64,000 bases of DNA from a bacterium (GTDB lineage: Bacteria > Patescibacteriota > Minisyncoccia > Phycocordibacterales > UBA2100): the NCBI GenBank assembly GCA_030647655.1, contig JAUSJH010000009.1, positions 82,196 through 146,195 of the forward strand, given 5' to 3'. Positions 26,918-36,701 of the stretch are shown here, piece by piece (the first letter of the stretch is position 1; every line of letters begins with the position of its first letter). The translations under genes and the position numbers were made by a program. The notes beneath the pieces were generated by a model that had not been told where the DNA came from, searched no databases, and saw only the letters and a program-made list of their open reading frames with translations.

Positions 26918-27988
26918 TCACTCGGTTTTCTCGAGGAATTTTAACACCGCATTATTGCGGAGAGCGTGGGCGATGTGTGCGCGAAGCGCCTGCGGGTCGG
27001 CTTGTTTGTAGTGCTCGCGGGCATGGGCGACTTCTTTTTCGAGCGCTTTCTCTTCGGGCTCGATACTCTCCTTGCGTGCGATCTCGGTCAAGATAAGACG
27101 GACTTTTGCGCGCTTGTCGGCGGCGTCTTTCCACTCGGCACGTATACCCTCGCGGGTTTTCTTTGTTTGCGTGAGATGTGCGTCGAGCGTAGTTCCCATG
27201 CGAGAGAGGTCGTCTTTGAGGCGCGCCTCCATGTCGTCGAGTTCATATTCGCGTAGTGCCGCGGGATAGAAAATCTTGGAATCCCTCACCAGATCGTCGA
27301 GCATAGCGGCGCGACGTTTCTCGGTAGCCTGCATTTCTTTTTCGGTCTTGATGTTTATACGGAGTGCGTCTCTGAATTTCTCCGCACTTTCGTATCCGAG
27401 CGACTGCACGAACGCGTCGTCGAGTAGAGGGAGCTCTTCTTCTTTGGTGGCGCGCGATTCTTCCGCCGCTTTTTGTGCTTCGGTGCCGCTTTCTATTTTG
27501 TCGATACGCGCACGCTCGCGGCGCAGATGCGTGAGAGCCTGCGCGTGTTCTTCATCAGAAACGGACACCTCCTCTTTTTGTGAAGTATGTTTGTCCGCGA
27601 TCTTTTTGTAATCTGGCAACTCAACCGAAGGAGCAAGTGCCGCGCGAGCCGTAAATACGAGCGATTTGCCAGCTTCAGGAGTGTCGGTCGTAACGCGTGG
27701 GGACTCGATTATGAGAAGCTTTTCCGATGCAAGAAGCTCCGGCAATTCGTGCTCTATCGCATGCTGTACCGCTTCACGCAGGACGGCACTTTCTCCGTAC
27801 ACTTGAATGATGCGCTCTTCGGGCGCGTGGCCTTGACGGAAGCCGTCGAGTTTCGCGGTCTTTTTTATTTCTTTCAACGCATCAGTGCGATATCGAGAAA
27901 GGACTTCGGCAGGAATCTCAGCCTTCACTTCGACTTCCCATTTCTCCTCGTCGCGCGAGACTTTCACGTTCGTCAGATTACTCGACAT
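26918..27988 (-). CDS. tig: trigger factor (short form, no obvious PPIase domain)
   Basis: The N-terminal ribosome-binding domain carries LDGFRQGHAPE (GFRxGxxP signature). 356 aa. Confidence 0.75.
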   Translation of the reverse strand: MSSNLTNVKVSRDEEKWEVEVKAEIPAEVLSRYRTDALKEIKKTAKLDGFRQGHAPEERIIQVYGESAVLREAVQHAIEHELPELLASEKLLIIESPRVTTDTPEAGKSLVFTARAALAPSVELPDYKKIADKHTSQKEEVSVSDEEHAQALTHLRRERARIDKIESGTEAQKAAEESRATKEEELPLLDDAFVQSLGYESAEKFRDALRINIKTEKEMQATEKRRAAMLDDLVRDSKIFYPAALREYELDDMEARLKDDLSRMGTTLDAHLTQTKKTREGIRAEWKDAADKRAKVRLILTEIARKESIEPEEKALEKEVAHAREHYKQADPQALRAHIAHALRNNAVLKFLEKTE

Positions 27989-28033
27989 TGCGCGAGTGTA
28001 GCAGAAAACAATTCGAGCCCCAAGGTCGGACTT

Positions 28034-28291
28034 CTACTGGATGGTTGTGGACGAATCGTTCCCAGGGATGAGCGGTAGCTGGTCCTCGGCATCCCGCTGA
28101 TTCAATTGCGCGCCCCAAAAATATAATGCGCCGACTACGAGAAGCACGACAATAATAATGGTGCCGACGATCGGCCCTGTCGACGACTTATGCGCCGGTG
28201 GCCCGCCTTCGCCGGAGGCTCCGGCGTGGCGAGGAAGCAGGTGGTCCTTCGGGTCGAATGGGGGTTGGTTGGGTGGAGGCATTACCTCCAT
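28034..28291 (-). CDS. small Pro-rich membrane protein, hypothetical
   Basis: GGAGG RBS and one TM helix (IVGTIIIVVLLVVGALYFW). Confidence 0.4.
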   Translation of the reverse strand: MEVMPPPNQPPFDPKDHLLPRHAGASGEGGPPAHKSSTGPIVGTIIIVVLLVVGALYFWGAQLNQRDAEDQLPLIPGNDSSTTIQ

Positions 28292-28342
28292 TGTAGCACC
28301 GGAGCGTTTCCGTCAAGCCCGAAAGGGAGGTGGAAACCAACC

Positions 28343-28756
28343 TCAATTATTCCACGGGAAATTAACAACATTACTGACTTCTTTGAGCAAATAATCGGGC
28401 CTGATTTCTGAGATAGGCATTGTATAAAGGCAGGCTGTTTTTACCTCTGCCCCCCTTTCTTCAAGATACTTTTTGCCGGCAATCAGGCTCCGACCAGTCT
28501 CTATCATATCTTCAACCAGCAATACTTTTTTGTTGGAAACATCGGAAAGTACATAGGCCGAGATTTGTCGGCCCTCGCCCTCTCGCTGCATTTTAATCAC
28601 GCACGTGTCTTTTACACCCAGAAATTTCGATAGCAAAGCAGCGGGAATGATTCCACCACGCGCAATGCCTATGACGATGTCGGGCGTGTAGTCGATCTTT
28701 TGTGCGAGCAGTCTTGCTTCTTTTTCGAACTTGTACCAGTCCATACGTCGTATCAC
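28343..28756 (-). CDS. phosphoribosyltransferase-family protein (purine PRTase-like)
   Basis: PRPP-binding motif VLLVEDMIETGRSL, 137 aa. Confidence 0.7.
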   Translation of the reverse strand: MIRRMDWYKFEKEARLLAQKIDYTPDIVIGIARGGIIPAALLSKFLGVKDTCVIKMQREGEGRQISAYVLSDVSNKKVLLVEDMIETGRSLIAGKKYLEERGAEVKTACLYTMPISEIRPDYLLKEVSNVVNFPWNN

Positions 28757-29202
28757 TATTCTACTCTGGATGCATGAATATACTGCTCGGCGGTCTTCTG
28801 ATCTTCAACACTTGTGATTTGGTGGTGGCTTCCGTAGAAGGCAAGGACAAGCGACCTTCGCGTCTCATCGAGATCTTCCCACGCTTTTACGGCACTTTCG
28901 ATTTCTACCGCAACGACTTTCTCGTCATTATCGGAGCGCTTCAAGAGCGCTATCGGCCTGACATCTATTATCTCGCCGACCTTAGCAACTCTTTCCGAAA
29001 ATATGATGACGTCAACTTCGTCCCCGTCATGCGGATTATGCGTGTCGGGGATAAATCCATAATGCTCGGGGGCAACCCCATCATTGACCGGAATGTGGTC
29101 TTTCATCGGCCCGAGGTCAACGAATTCGGACTTGTTGTATTTATTGAGATGACGGCGGCGATTATCACCCCTAGGTATCTCAATCGTCGCTTGTACCTTC
29201 AT
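28756..29202 (-). CDS. divergent family I inorganic pyrophosphatase paralog
   Basis: IEIPRGDN..., YGFIPDT, and DGDEVDVIIF retaining the Asp cluster. Lacks some canonical Lys/Arg residues. Lies directly downstream of canonical ppa. Confidence 0.55.
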   Translation of the reverse strand: MKVQATIEIPRGDNRRRHLNKYNKSEFVDLGPMKDHIPVNDGVAPEHYGFIPDTHNPHDGDEVDVIIFSERVAKVGEIIDVRPIALLKRSDNDEKVVAVEIESAVKAWEDLDETRRSLVLAFYGSHHQITSVEDQKTAEQYIHASRVE

Positions 29203-29207
29203 CGCGG

Positions 29208-29738
29208 CTATTTATCGAACTTCTTTTTGTAGAGGTCGACAGACCTGCGCAATGCCTCCAGTGCCTCTTTCTTGCCTTTGAAACCGGGCACGGTCACTTC
29301 AGCTCCCTTAAGATGTTTGTAGGTCTCAAAAAAGTGCTTGATTTCTTTAAGGGTGTGTTTGTTTATGTCACCCAGATCGTGCACCTCATCCCAACGCTTG
29401 TCGTTCACCGGCACACCGATGATTTTTGCATCGGATTCTCCCGTGTCGATCATATCCATGAATGCAACCGGACGCACTTTTACGAGGATTCCGGTCGGTA
29501 TAGGGAAGCTTGCGAGCACAAGTACATCAATTGCATCGCCATCTTCCCAGTATGTCTGTGGCGCGAAGCCATATTCAACGGGGTACGCCGCCGCCGAGTA
29601 ATTGGCGCGATCGAGGTGGACAAGCCCTGTCTCTTTTTCTATTTCGTACTTGTTTTGAGATCCCTTCGGGACTTCAATGATGACATTAATCTCTTCGGGT
29701 GCGTTGTCGCCGAGCGGTATGTCGTGCCAGAGGTTCAT
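29208..29738 (-). CDS. ppa: inorganic pyrophosphatase (family I)
   Basis: IIEVPKGSQNKYEIEKETG...YGFAPQT...DGDAIDVLVL...MIDTGESDAKII. Start at MNLWHD. Confidence 0.85.
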   Translation of the reverse strand: MNLWHDIPLGDNAPEEINVIIEVPKGSQNKYEIEKETGLVHLDRANYSAAAYPVEYGFAPQTYWEDGDAIDVLVLASFPIPTGILVKVRPVAFMDMIDTGESDAKIIGVPVNDKRWDEVHDLGDINKHTLKEIKHFFETYKHLKGAEVTVPGFKGKKEALEALRRSVDLYKKKFDK

Positions 29739-29777
29739 AGCTAGAGAGTGTAATCCAAATGACAAAGTGCGCAACCT

Positions 29778-30350
29778 CTATTTGTTGAGATATCGCAAGA
29801 GCATAAGAGCGCTGCGTTCTTCTTGGATACTGCCGTTGAGGCACATTTTTTTCGCCTCCGCGAGCGTCGTCGGGACTATAGTAATGTTTTCTCCCGCTTC
29901 CAAATCTTGCTGCGCTTCTTTTGTATACGAATTGATTACAAAGTAGTACAAGTCCCATTCCACCGTCGTACCGCATTTGGAAATTCCAAAGAGCTCCGCA
30001 TCGCTGGCGATGAGGGCTACCTCCTCGCGCGCCTCTTTTACCGCAGCTTCACGTGCTTTCGCTTTAATATCGCCGTTGGTTTTCAGGAACGAATTGTATT
30101 CTTTCAGCGTGTCGAAAACTTTTCCGCCGGGGAGGCGATAATCGTAGCCTTTTATTTCCGGCCGGTATTCTTTTGTGAGAATGATTTTCCCGTCCGATGT
30201 TGGAATAATGAGGCGTGTGCCCGGAGCGCGCCGCGCGAATTCAAATGTAAGACTTTTCTCTCCTATCTTCATCGGCTGCTCGACCACTTCAATGATTTTT
30301 CCTTGGTACGTGACCTTTTCTGGGCCGGAAGGAGTGGGAAAGATGGACAT
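29778..30350 (-). CDS. NUDIX hydrolase
   Basis: Nudix-box-like GGKVFDTLKEY...REAAVKEAREEVAL. Start at MSIFPT. Confidence 0.6.
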   Translation of the reverse strand: MSIFPTPSGPEKVTYQGKIIEVVEQPMKIGEKSLTFEFARRAPGTRLIIPTSDGKIILTKEYRPEIKGYDYRLPGGKVFDTLKEYNSFLKTNGDIKAKAREAAVKEAREEVALIASDAELFGISKCGTTVEWDLYYFVINSYTKEAQQDLEAGENITIVPTTLAEAKKMCLNGSIQEERSALMLLRYLNK

Positions 30351-30464
30351 ATCAAGTAAAGAGTGTAGCAGAATGGACGTTTTTGCAAAGTAGTTGACCA
30401 ATCGGAGAGAATCATGTTAACTACCGTCTGGCAAGCGCAATCCCGCGCATAAATGGAGGCCGAT

Positions 30465-30752
30465 ATGGGTGCGTTCAACGCAATGCTTCTCGCATTCGGC
30501 CCGATGTTCCTACTCGGGCTTGCAATGCCGTTCGGGCTGTTCCTTTTTCGCGGGCTGGTGCCGAGCTCGTCAAGTCGTCGGCGGATTCCGATGTTTCTTA
30601 TAGCAACGTTTCCGCTGCTTCTGTATAGCTACCGTGAATCGGCGTGGCTCACGGATCAGTATGCGTCGTTCTCGCCAACATTTACTGGCGCAGTCTTTTT
30701 TCTTATCGGCACCCTCATCGGAATGGAGGTACGACGGATATGGCTACCGTAG
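30465..30752 (+). CDS. small membrane protein, hypothetical
   Basis: GGAGG 6 nt upstream of the ATG; 3 predicted TM helices. Confidence 0.4.
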   Translation: MGAFNAMLLAFGPMFLLGLAMPFGLFLFRGLVPSSSSRRRIPMFLIATFPLLLYSYRESAWLTDQYASFSPTFTGAVFFLIGTLIGMEVRRIWLP

Positions 30753-30806
30753 AGAGTAAAACAGGCGGGGCGCCTTTGCGCCCCGCCAAGAATTTATGCC
30801 AGACGC

Positions 30807-32147
30807 TTATTCAGCGTCTTTTTCTTTGTCCGTCACCACCTCCTCCTGCTGTTCTTCTACCTTTTCTGATGCAATGTCACGGTCTTGGGACACGGGATCG
30901 ATATTTTTCTCTCCCACATCGGCGACCTCCTCATCGGCGCCCATTTCTTTTTTCGTCTCCTCGAACGCACTTTCTTTTTGCGTGATGTCTTCCACCTGCG
31001 TGTCCTGTATTTTGGGAGCTTCGGTCCCGTCTGTTGCCGCGACTTGTTCGCCGCCGGCGCTTCTGATGTCTATTTTCCACCCAGTGAGCCGTGCGGCGAG
31101 GCGGACATTTTGGCCGCCGCGGCCGATTGCGAGTGATTGCTGGTCTTCGGCAACCTGCACGATTGCGCGGTTTTCTTCCTCGTTCAACTCGAGACTAAGA
31201 ACCTGCGCAGGCTTCAGTGATTCTTTCACGTAGTCAGCCGCAACTGCGGACCATTCTACGACGTCAATTTTTTCGCCGCCGAGCTCGGAGGTAACGACTG
31301 CCACACGCACACCGCGTTGGCCCACAAGCGCGCCCACCGGGTCCACGTGGTCATCGTTGGAAAATACCGCGATTTTTGCGCGGCTTCCGGGCTCGCGCAC
31401 GATGCCTTTTACCTCGACGACACCGCTTGCCATCTCGGGTACTTCGGCTTCAAAAAGCTTCGTAAGGAATCTAGGGTGAGAACGAGAGAGGCGGATGAAC
31501 GTGCCGCGCACGCCTTCGTCTACGCGCAAAAGGAGTGCGCGTACCCGCTCGCCTTGGCGGTATCTCTCGCCGGGGATTTGTTCGTCATAGGGAAGTATCG
31601 CGGTCGCACGGCCGAGGTCCACAAAAAGATTGCCGCGCTCGAAGCGCTGTACGTGGCCTGTCACGATGTCGCCCTCGCGCTGGCCGTATTCGGTTATGAT
31701 GCTCGCGCGCTCCGCTTCACGGACCTTTTGCATTATGACCTGCTTTGCGGCTTGTGCGGCGATGCGGCCGAAATCCTCGCGCGTCTCAAGCGGGAATGAA
31801 ATCTCCTCGTCGAGCGTAGAATCCTTTTTGATGCGGCGCGCGTCTTCGAGCATGATGTGCTGTTCCGGATTGAAACGCGAGCGGTGGTCATCGTCGCCCG
31901 TTGCATCTTCACCTTCTTGTCGCACCAAAGTATTGTCGACAACTATTTTCGCTTGGCGGAATTCCATGTCGCCGGTCGCGGGATTAAACGTGGCCCGGAT
32001 TATCTGCCCGCGCTTTCCGTATTCGCGGCGGTATGCGGCGGCGAGTGCGGTGGAGAGCGCGTCAACGACGCTTTCGCGCGAAATACCCCGCTCGTGCTGG
32101 AGTTCTTCGAGCGCAGAATTGAGTGATTTGATGTCGAGTAGAGACAT
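30807..32147 (-). CDS. nusA: transcription termination/antitermination factor NusA (with acidic C-terminal extension)
   Basis: N-terminal domain, S1 and KH1/KH2 regions (e.g. GGEKIDVVEW, AIGRGGQNVRLAARLTGWKIDI). Confidence 0.9.
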   Translation of the reverse strand: MSLLDIKSLNSALEELQHERGISRESVVDALSTALAAAYRREYGKRGQIIRATFNPATGDMEFRQAKIVVDNTLVRQEGEDATGDDDHRSRFNPEQHIMLEDARRIKKDSTLDEEISFPLETREDFGRIAAQAAKQVIMQKVREAERASIITEYGQREGDIVTGHVQRFERGNLFVDLGRATAILPYDEQIPGERYRQGERVRALLLRVDEGVRGTFIRLSRSHPRFLTKLFEAEVPEMASGVVEVKGIVREPGSRAKIAVFSNDDHVDPVGALVGQRGVRVAVVTSELGGEKIDVVEWSAVAADYVKESLKPAQVLSLELNEEENRAIVQVAEDQQSLAIGRGGQNVRLAARLTGWKIDIRSAGGEQVAATDGTEAPKIQDTQVEDITQKESAFEETKKEMGADEEVADVGEKNIDPVSQDRDIASEKVEEQQEEVVTDKEKDAE

Positions 32148-32259
32148 GGTTAGTTTTGATTAACGAGCGTACGCGAGTTTAGCAATAACTTCCACCACCT
32201 TACCGCTTTGCGGTAAGGGGATTAAGAATTTGTAATTCGCTTCGCTCATAACAACTTCT

Positions 32260-32286
32260 AAAAAAAGTTTCCGCCAAAGGCGGAAC
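32260..32286 (-). terminator. rho-independent terminator (GTTCCGCC-ttt-GGCGGAAC followed by T7 on minus strand)
   Basis: Seen directly, downstream of the minus-strand gene 32365-32733. Confidence 0.65.
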
Positions 32287-32364
32287 TTGTGGAGGCATTA
32301 TATGTAGAACGAGGCGGATGTCAAGAAGTTTCGATAACCGAGTGTTTGATACGACATTGGAACT

Positions 32365-32733
32365 CTAATCTACCGTCCAGATGAGTAAATACAATTGTAA
32401 TACCGCGAGACCAAACTGTGATATGGCAAGGAGAATTCCTGCGACCAAAAAACGAAATGACTTGCTTTTAACACTTTTTACAACGGCCACGATGAACGTT
32501 ATTACTGAGAGGAGTAGTAGGAGATTTCCAACAAGTATACTTTCGAAACCAAGCCCGCGTCCCCCAGAATCTAGATCTTGCGTCCACGGTCCGTGATTAA
32601 TACCCTGCTTCCACCACTCATCTTGAGAGGGTAAAACGCCGAGCGATCGTTCGACCGCGTAAAAGATAAATGGTAACGCAAAAAGTATTACTGTCGTGAT
32701 AACAATGCGCTTATAAGCTTTTATTTCGTTCAT
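32365..32733 (-). CDS. hypothetical membrane protein (3-4 TM)
   Basis: Hydrophobic helices and a terminator downstream. No family recognised. Confidence 0.45.
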   Translation of the reverse strand: MNEIKAYKRIVITTVILFALPFIFYAVERSLGVLPSQDEWWKQGINHGPWTQDLDSGGRGLGFESILVGNLLLLLSVITFIVAVVKSVKSKSFRFLVAGILLAISQFGLAVLQLYLLIWTVD

Positions 32734-32879
32734 ATACAGACTGAGAGACCTGGATTAGAACTCGGCAATAGTACACCCCCGAAAGGGGATTTCCACTTCA
32801 TTAAAATCATTCGCGCTTCGCTTGTTGCTGTACAGGCAAACGGCTCATATACCGGTATATGAGCCGTTTGAGTTTGCAG

Positions 32880-33101
32880 CTATCTTGCGCTGACCAGTGA
32901 GAACGGGAGCGGCACGGGCGCGTTTGCGTGCGCGGCGCGGCGTGAGGCATTGAGGAGCGTGAATCCTCGCACCCTCTTGGTGCGCGGATTGACGCGAACC
33001 AGGACATCGTTGCCCGCTTCGATGGTCTCGTCCTTCGCGCTCGGCTTACCTTGCGAGAAGTAGAACACGTCGGCCTCCTTGTCGTAGAAGTATTCCAACA
33101 T
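32880..33101 (-). CDS. DUF2283-family small protein
   Basis: MLEYFYDKEADVFYFSQGKPS...VLVRVNPRTKRVRGFTLLNASRR matches the YDxEADxxYI pattern of DUF2283. Confidence 0.55.
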   Translation of the reverse strand: MLEYFYDKEADVFYFSQGKPSAKDETIEAGNDVLVRVNPRTKRVRGFTLLNASRRAAHANAPVPLPFSLVSAR

Positions 33102-33140
33102 GTTCCGAGTATAGCAGGATTTGTTTGTTATAATTCCACT

Positions 33141-34883
33141 ATGTATATCTCCGACACGCACCTCAAATCATTTCTCGCCGACGCGGGGCTTGTCTCTCAA
33201 AAGGATTTTGATAATGCGGAAGCGGAGGCCAAACAGACGGGCCAGCCGGTCGGGGACATTTTAACGGCAAAAAATTCGATAGGAGAGGACGAACTGCGCC
33301 GCACCTATGCCTACATTCTCGGCATTCCATTCGTCTCGCTTGCAGGCACCAACATCAAATACGAAACACTCGGCATGATCCCCGAGCCCATCGCGCGGCG
33401 CAACAACATCATCGCCTACAATCACCGTGGCGAAGAGCTCGAGGTCGCCATGCTCGACACCGACGACCTCGCGGCGATTGATTTCATCAAGAAGAAAACG
33501 CACTTGAAGATTTTGCCTCGGCTCACGGACGTGGCATCCATCAAGACCGCACTCAAACTCTATCAGCAGGGGCTCAAAGATAATCTGGGCGATGTCATTG
33601 AACGCGAGACGGCGGCCTTGGAAAAGACTGCGCTCGTCGAAGGAAAAGAAGTAGACCTCAAACAAATAGCGGAAGGGGTGTCCGCGGTGCGCATAGTAGA
33701 TACGCTCATCCGGCACGCGAATGCGCAGAACGCTTCCGACATTCACATCGAGCCTTTGGAGGGTTCGCTCCTCATCCGATATCGTATCGACGGCATCTTG
33801 CATGATGCGATGGAGCTACCCAAGCACGCCGCCGCCGCCATCACGGCGCGCGTAAAGGTCTTGGCCAATATGCGGCTCGACGAGCACCGCTTGCCGCAAG
33901 ACGGGCGTTTCGGCGCGGAGAGCGGCGGCGAGAAGATATCGTTCCGTGTCTCCATCCTTCCCACGTATTACGGCGAGAAAATCGTGATGCGCCTTTTGCG
34001 CGATTCGATATCCGGCTTCACGCTCGAGTCCATCGGCTTCCATGGCACGGGCTTGGAGCGCATGCATGAGGCGATGCGCAAGACGACCGGCATGGTCCTC
34101 TCCTGTGGGCCGACGGGTGCAGGAAAATCCACCACACTGTACACGCTACTCGACATCGTCAATACACCCGACGTCAACATTTCGACCATAGAAGACCCGA
34201 TTGAATACCAGATGAACAGAATCAATCAGACGCAAGTGCGGCCGGAGATAGGATTCACCTTCGCCAATGGCCTGCGCTCTCTTGTGCGCCAAGACCCCGA
34301 CATCGTAATGGTCGGGGAAATCCGCGACAAAGAGACGGCATCACTTGCGATTAATGCCGCGCTTACCGGCCACCTCGTACTTTCGACTCTGCACACGAAT
34401 TCCGCCGCGGGCGCCATCGCGCGCCTGCTCGATATGGGCATCGAGCCGTTCCTCCTCGTCTCTACACTGCGCGTTATCATCGGCCAGCGGCTCGTACGCA
34501 AACTCTCTGCCGACAAAGAAAAATACGAGCTATCGCGCGACGAGCAGAGCCAGCTCGAACGCATCGTTGATGCTGGCAATGTCTTGAGGGCGCTCAAAGA
34601 TGAAAAAGCTGTCGCGAAGGACGCGACGTGGAAAAATATCCCATTTTTCAAATCGAAAGAAGGCGGCCAGAGCCCTTCGGGATACGCAGGCCGGGTCGGC
34701 ATCTACGAAGTCCTACCCGTCACCTCGACCATCAAAGAGCTCGTCATGAAAGGCTCGACAGGAGATGAGATAGAAAAGCAGGCGCGGAGCGAAGGCATGC
34801 TCACGATGAGCGAGGATGGCATCTTCAAAGCCGCGCAGGGTGTGACTACTATTGAAGAAGTGTTGCGTGTGATCACAGAATAA
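33141..34883 (+). CDS. pilB: type IV pilus assembly ATPase PilB/GspE family
   Basis: N-terminal GSPII domain; Walker A GPTGAGKSTT; Asp box; His box; tetracysteine-less C-terminus. Start at MYISDTHL. Confidence 0.9.
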   Translation: MYISDTHLKSFLADAGLVSQKDFDNAEAEAKQTGQPVGDILTAKNSIGEDELRRTYAYILGIPFVSLAGTNIKYETLGMIPEPIARRNNIIAYNHRGEELEVAMLDTDDLAAIDFIKKKTHLKILPRLTDVASIKTALKLYQQGLKDNLGDVIERETAALEKTALVEGKEVDLKQIAEGVSAVRIVDTLIRHANAQNASDIHIEPLEGSLLIRYRIDGILHDAMELPKHAAAAITARVKVLANMRLDEHRLPQDGRFGAESGGEKISFRVSILPTYYGEKIVMRLLRDSISGFTLESIGFHGTGLERMHEAMRKTTGMVLSCGPTGAGKSTTLYTLLDIVNTPDVNISTIEDPIEYQMNRINQTQVRPEIGFTFANGLRSLVRQDPDIVMVGEIRDKETASLAINAALTGHLVLSTLHTNSAAGAIARLLDMGIEPFLLVSTLRVIIGQRLVRKLSADKEKYELSRDEQSQLERIVDAGNVLRALKDEKAVAKDATWKNIPFFKSKEGGQSPSGYAGRVGIYEVLPVTSTIKELVMKGSTGDEIEKQARSEGMLTMSEDGIFKAAQGVTTIEEVLRVITE

Positions 34884-34945
34884 CGCAGGCTATCAACAAT
34901 CGCTTATGGCGTGTTTGTGAATCGGGTGACATACTGCCCGCATAT

Positions 34946-36700
34946 ATGATGGAAGTCTTGGCACTTCTGGTGACCATCGCCTTACTGGTCATGGTGTTCA
35001 ACTTGCGCAAACGCGTGAGCGACCTCGAAAGATCGCAAAAAGGAGGGCTGCAGCAAGCTCCAGCACCGCAAACTCCTCAATCGGTTCCAGTTCAAGCGCC
35101 TCTTGCCGTGCCAAATGTGCAACTAATATCCCCAGTAGGCGCCGTGGCGCAGTCAGGTCCTTCTGTAGATGCTCGCCTCATCGAGTGGTTCAAAGAAAAT
35201 TGGCTCTTAAAACTCGGCGCGTTATTGCTTCTCATAGGGTTTGGCTGGCTCGTGTCGTATGCGTTCCTCAATAATTGGATAGGTCCTATGGGCCGTATCA
35301 CGCTCGGGCTTGCGGGTGGTGCTCTCATACTCCTGCTCGGGACGTGGCGCATACGCTCATACGTGACGCAGGGCAGTATTTTTGTGGCTCTCGGTGCGAC
35401 CGTGGTGTTGCTCACTACCTATGCCGCCCGGACCGTGTACGATTTCTTCACCCCCACCAGCGCACTCGCGCTCATGTTCGGGACTTCGGCATTCGTCGCG
35501 TTCGTAAGCGGCATCTACAACCGCAAACAACTCGCGGTTGCAAGCGTTGCGCTTGCCGCGACGGCACCTATACTCGCGCACTCACCGACACAGGATTATG
35601 TCGGACTTTTCGCGTATCTCCTCGTCGTTGTCTTGGGTGCGGTATGGATAGTGGCGTGGAAGGGTTTTCGTGAGGCGGGAACAATGGCTCTTGTTGTAGT
35701 CGCACTCTATTCCATGCCGCTTCTCGTCGGTCTTGAACGCTCTGACATGTCGACGTTGTTACTCTTCGCGTATGGATTTGGAGCGATTTTCTACATCACC
35801 AATACTGCGGGACTACTCCGTCTAAAAGGCAGTGATGCGATGCCGGACCTTGTCACTGCCGCAGGGAACGCACTTCTCTTGGCCGCGTGGATTTACGTTG
35901 CCGCGCCCAAAGATTTTCAGAGTCTGATTCTTGCGGCGTGGGCGACCGCATTCATCGTCGGAGCGTTCGCTGTGTTTCGTGTGAGCGGTCAACAGGCGCC
36001 GTTGTTTCTCTATGCGGCGATAGGCGTTGGATATATTGCTGCTGCGACCGCGATAGAGTTAAGCGGCGCCGCTCTAACGATTGCCTACACGCTTGAAGCC
36101 ACGGCGGTCGCGGTCGCTTTGTTCGGTATTACGAGAAATGTTGCCGCCGCGCAGCGCTCCACGCTCCTTCTCATAGGTCCCGCGGTACTTTCGTTCGGGA
36201 GCGTCGTTTCAAGCGACTGGCAATTTGGGGTCTTCAATCAACATTTCTTTGTTCTCGCGGCGTTGGCAGTAACATTCCTTGGGCTCGGTGGCATATTTTT
36301 CCAATCTGCTCACGCGACTGGCGTAGAAGATGTCAAGACCGGAAATGGAGCTCTTCTTGTCGCGGGCTCGCTCTACGCCTACATCCTTTTGTGGCTCTCA
36401 CTTCATGCAGCTCTTCCGGAGAGCCCTGACATGGCTGTCATGGCGGCGCTTTTTGTGTACACCGTTATAGGTATCGGTGCGTATGTGTGGGGTACGACCG
36501 CTGCAAGCAAGGGGTTGCAGGCATACGGTGGAACGCTTCTCGTATTTGTCGTCGGGCGCCTGCTCGTCGTAGATGTGTGGCAGATGGAACTCACGGGTCG
36601 TATCATCACGTTCTTCCTCATCGGTACGCTACTTATGAGTACGGCATTTCTCGGCCGCACCAAGAAAACAGAGACTCCGGCTCCACCTGCCGCCACCTAA
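34946..36700 (+). CDS. large polytopic membrane protein (DUF2339-like), hypothetical
   Basis: 584 aa. N-terminal short helix plus coiled segment, then about 14 or more TM helices. Confidence 0.5.
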   Translation: MMEVLALLVTIALLVMVFNLRKRVSDLERSQKGGLQQAPAPQTPQSVPVQAPLAVPNVQLISPVGAVAQSGPSVDARLIEWFKENWLLKLGALLLLIGFGWLVSYAFLNNWIGPMGRITLGLAGGALILLLGTWRIRSYVTQGSIFVALGATVVLLTTYAARTVYDFFTPTSALALMFGTSAFVAFVSGIYNRKQLAVASVALAATAPILAHSPTQDYVGLFAYLLVVVLGAVWIVAWKGFREAGTMALVVVALYSMPLLVGLERSDMSTLLLFAYGFGAIFYITNTAGLLRLKGSDAMPDLVTAAGNALLLAAWIYVAAPKDFQSLILAAWATAFIVGAFAVFRVSGQQAPLFLYAAIGVGYIAAATAIELSGAALTIAYTLEATAVAVALFGITRNVAAAQRSTLLLIGPAVLSFGSVVSSDWQFGVFNQHFFVLAALAVTFLGLGGIFFQSAHATGVEDVKTGNGALLVAGSLYAYILLWLSLHAALPESPDMAVMAALFVYTVIGIGAYVWGTTAASKGLQAYGGTLLVFVVGRLLVVDVWQMELTGRIITFFLIGTLLMSTAFLGRTKKTETPAPPAAT

Positions 36701-36701
36701 C

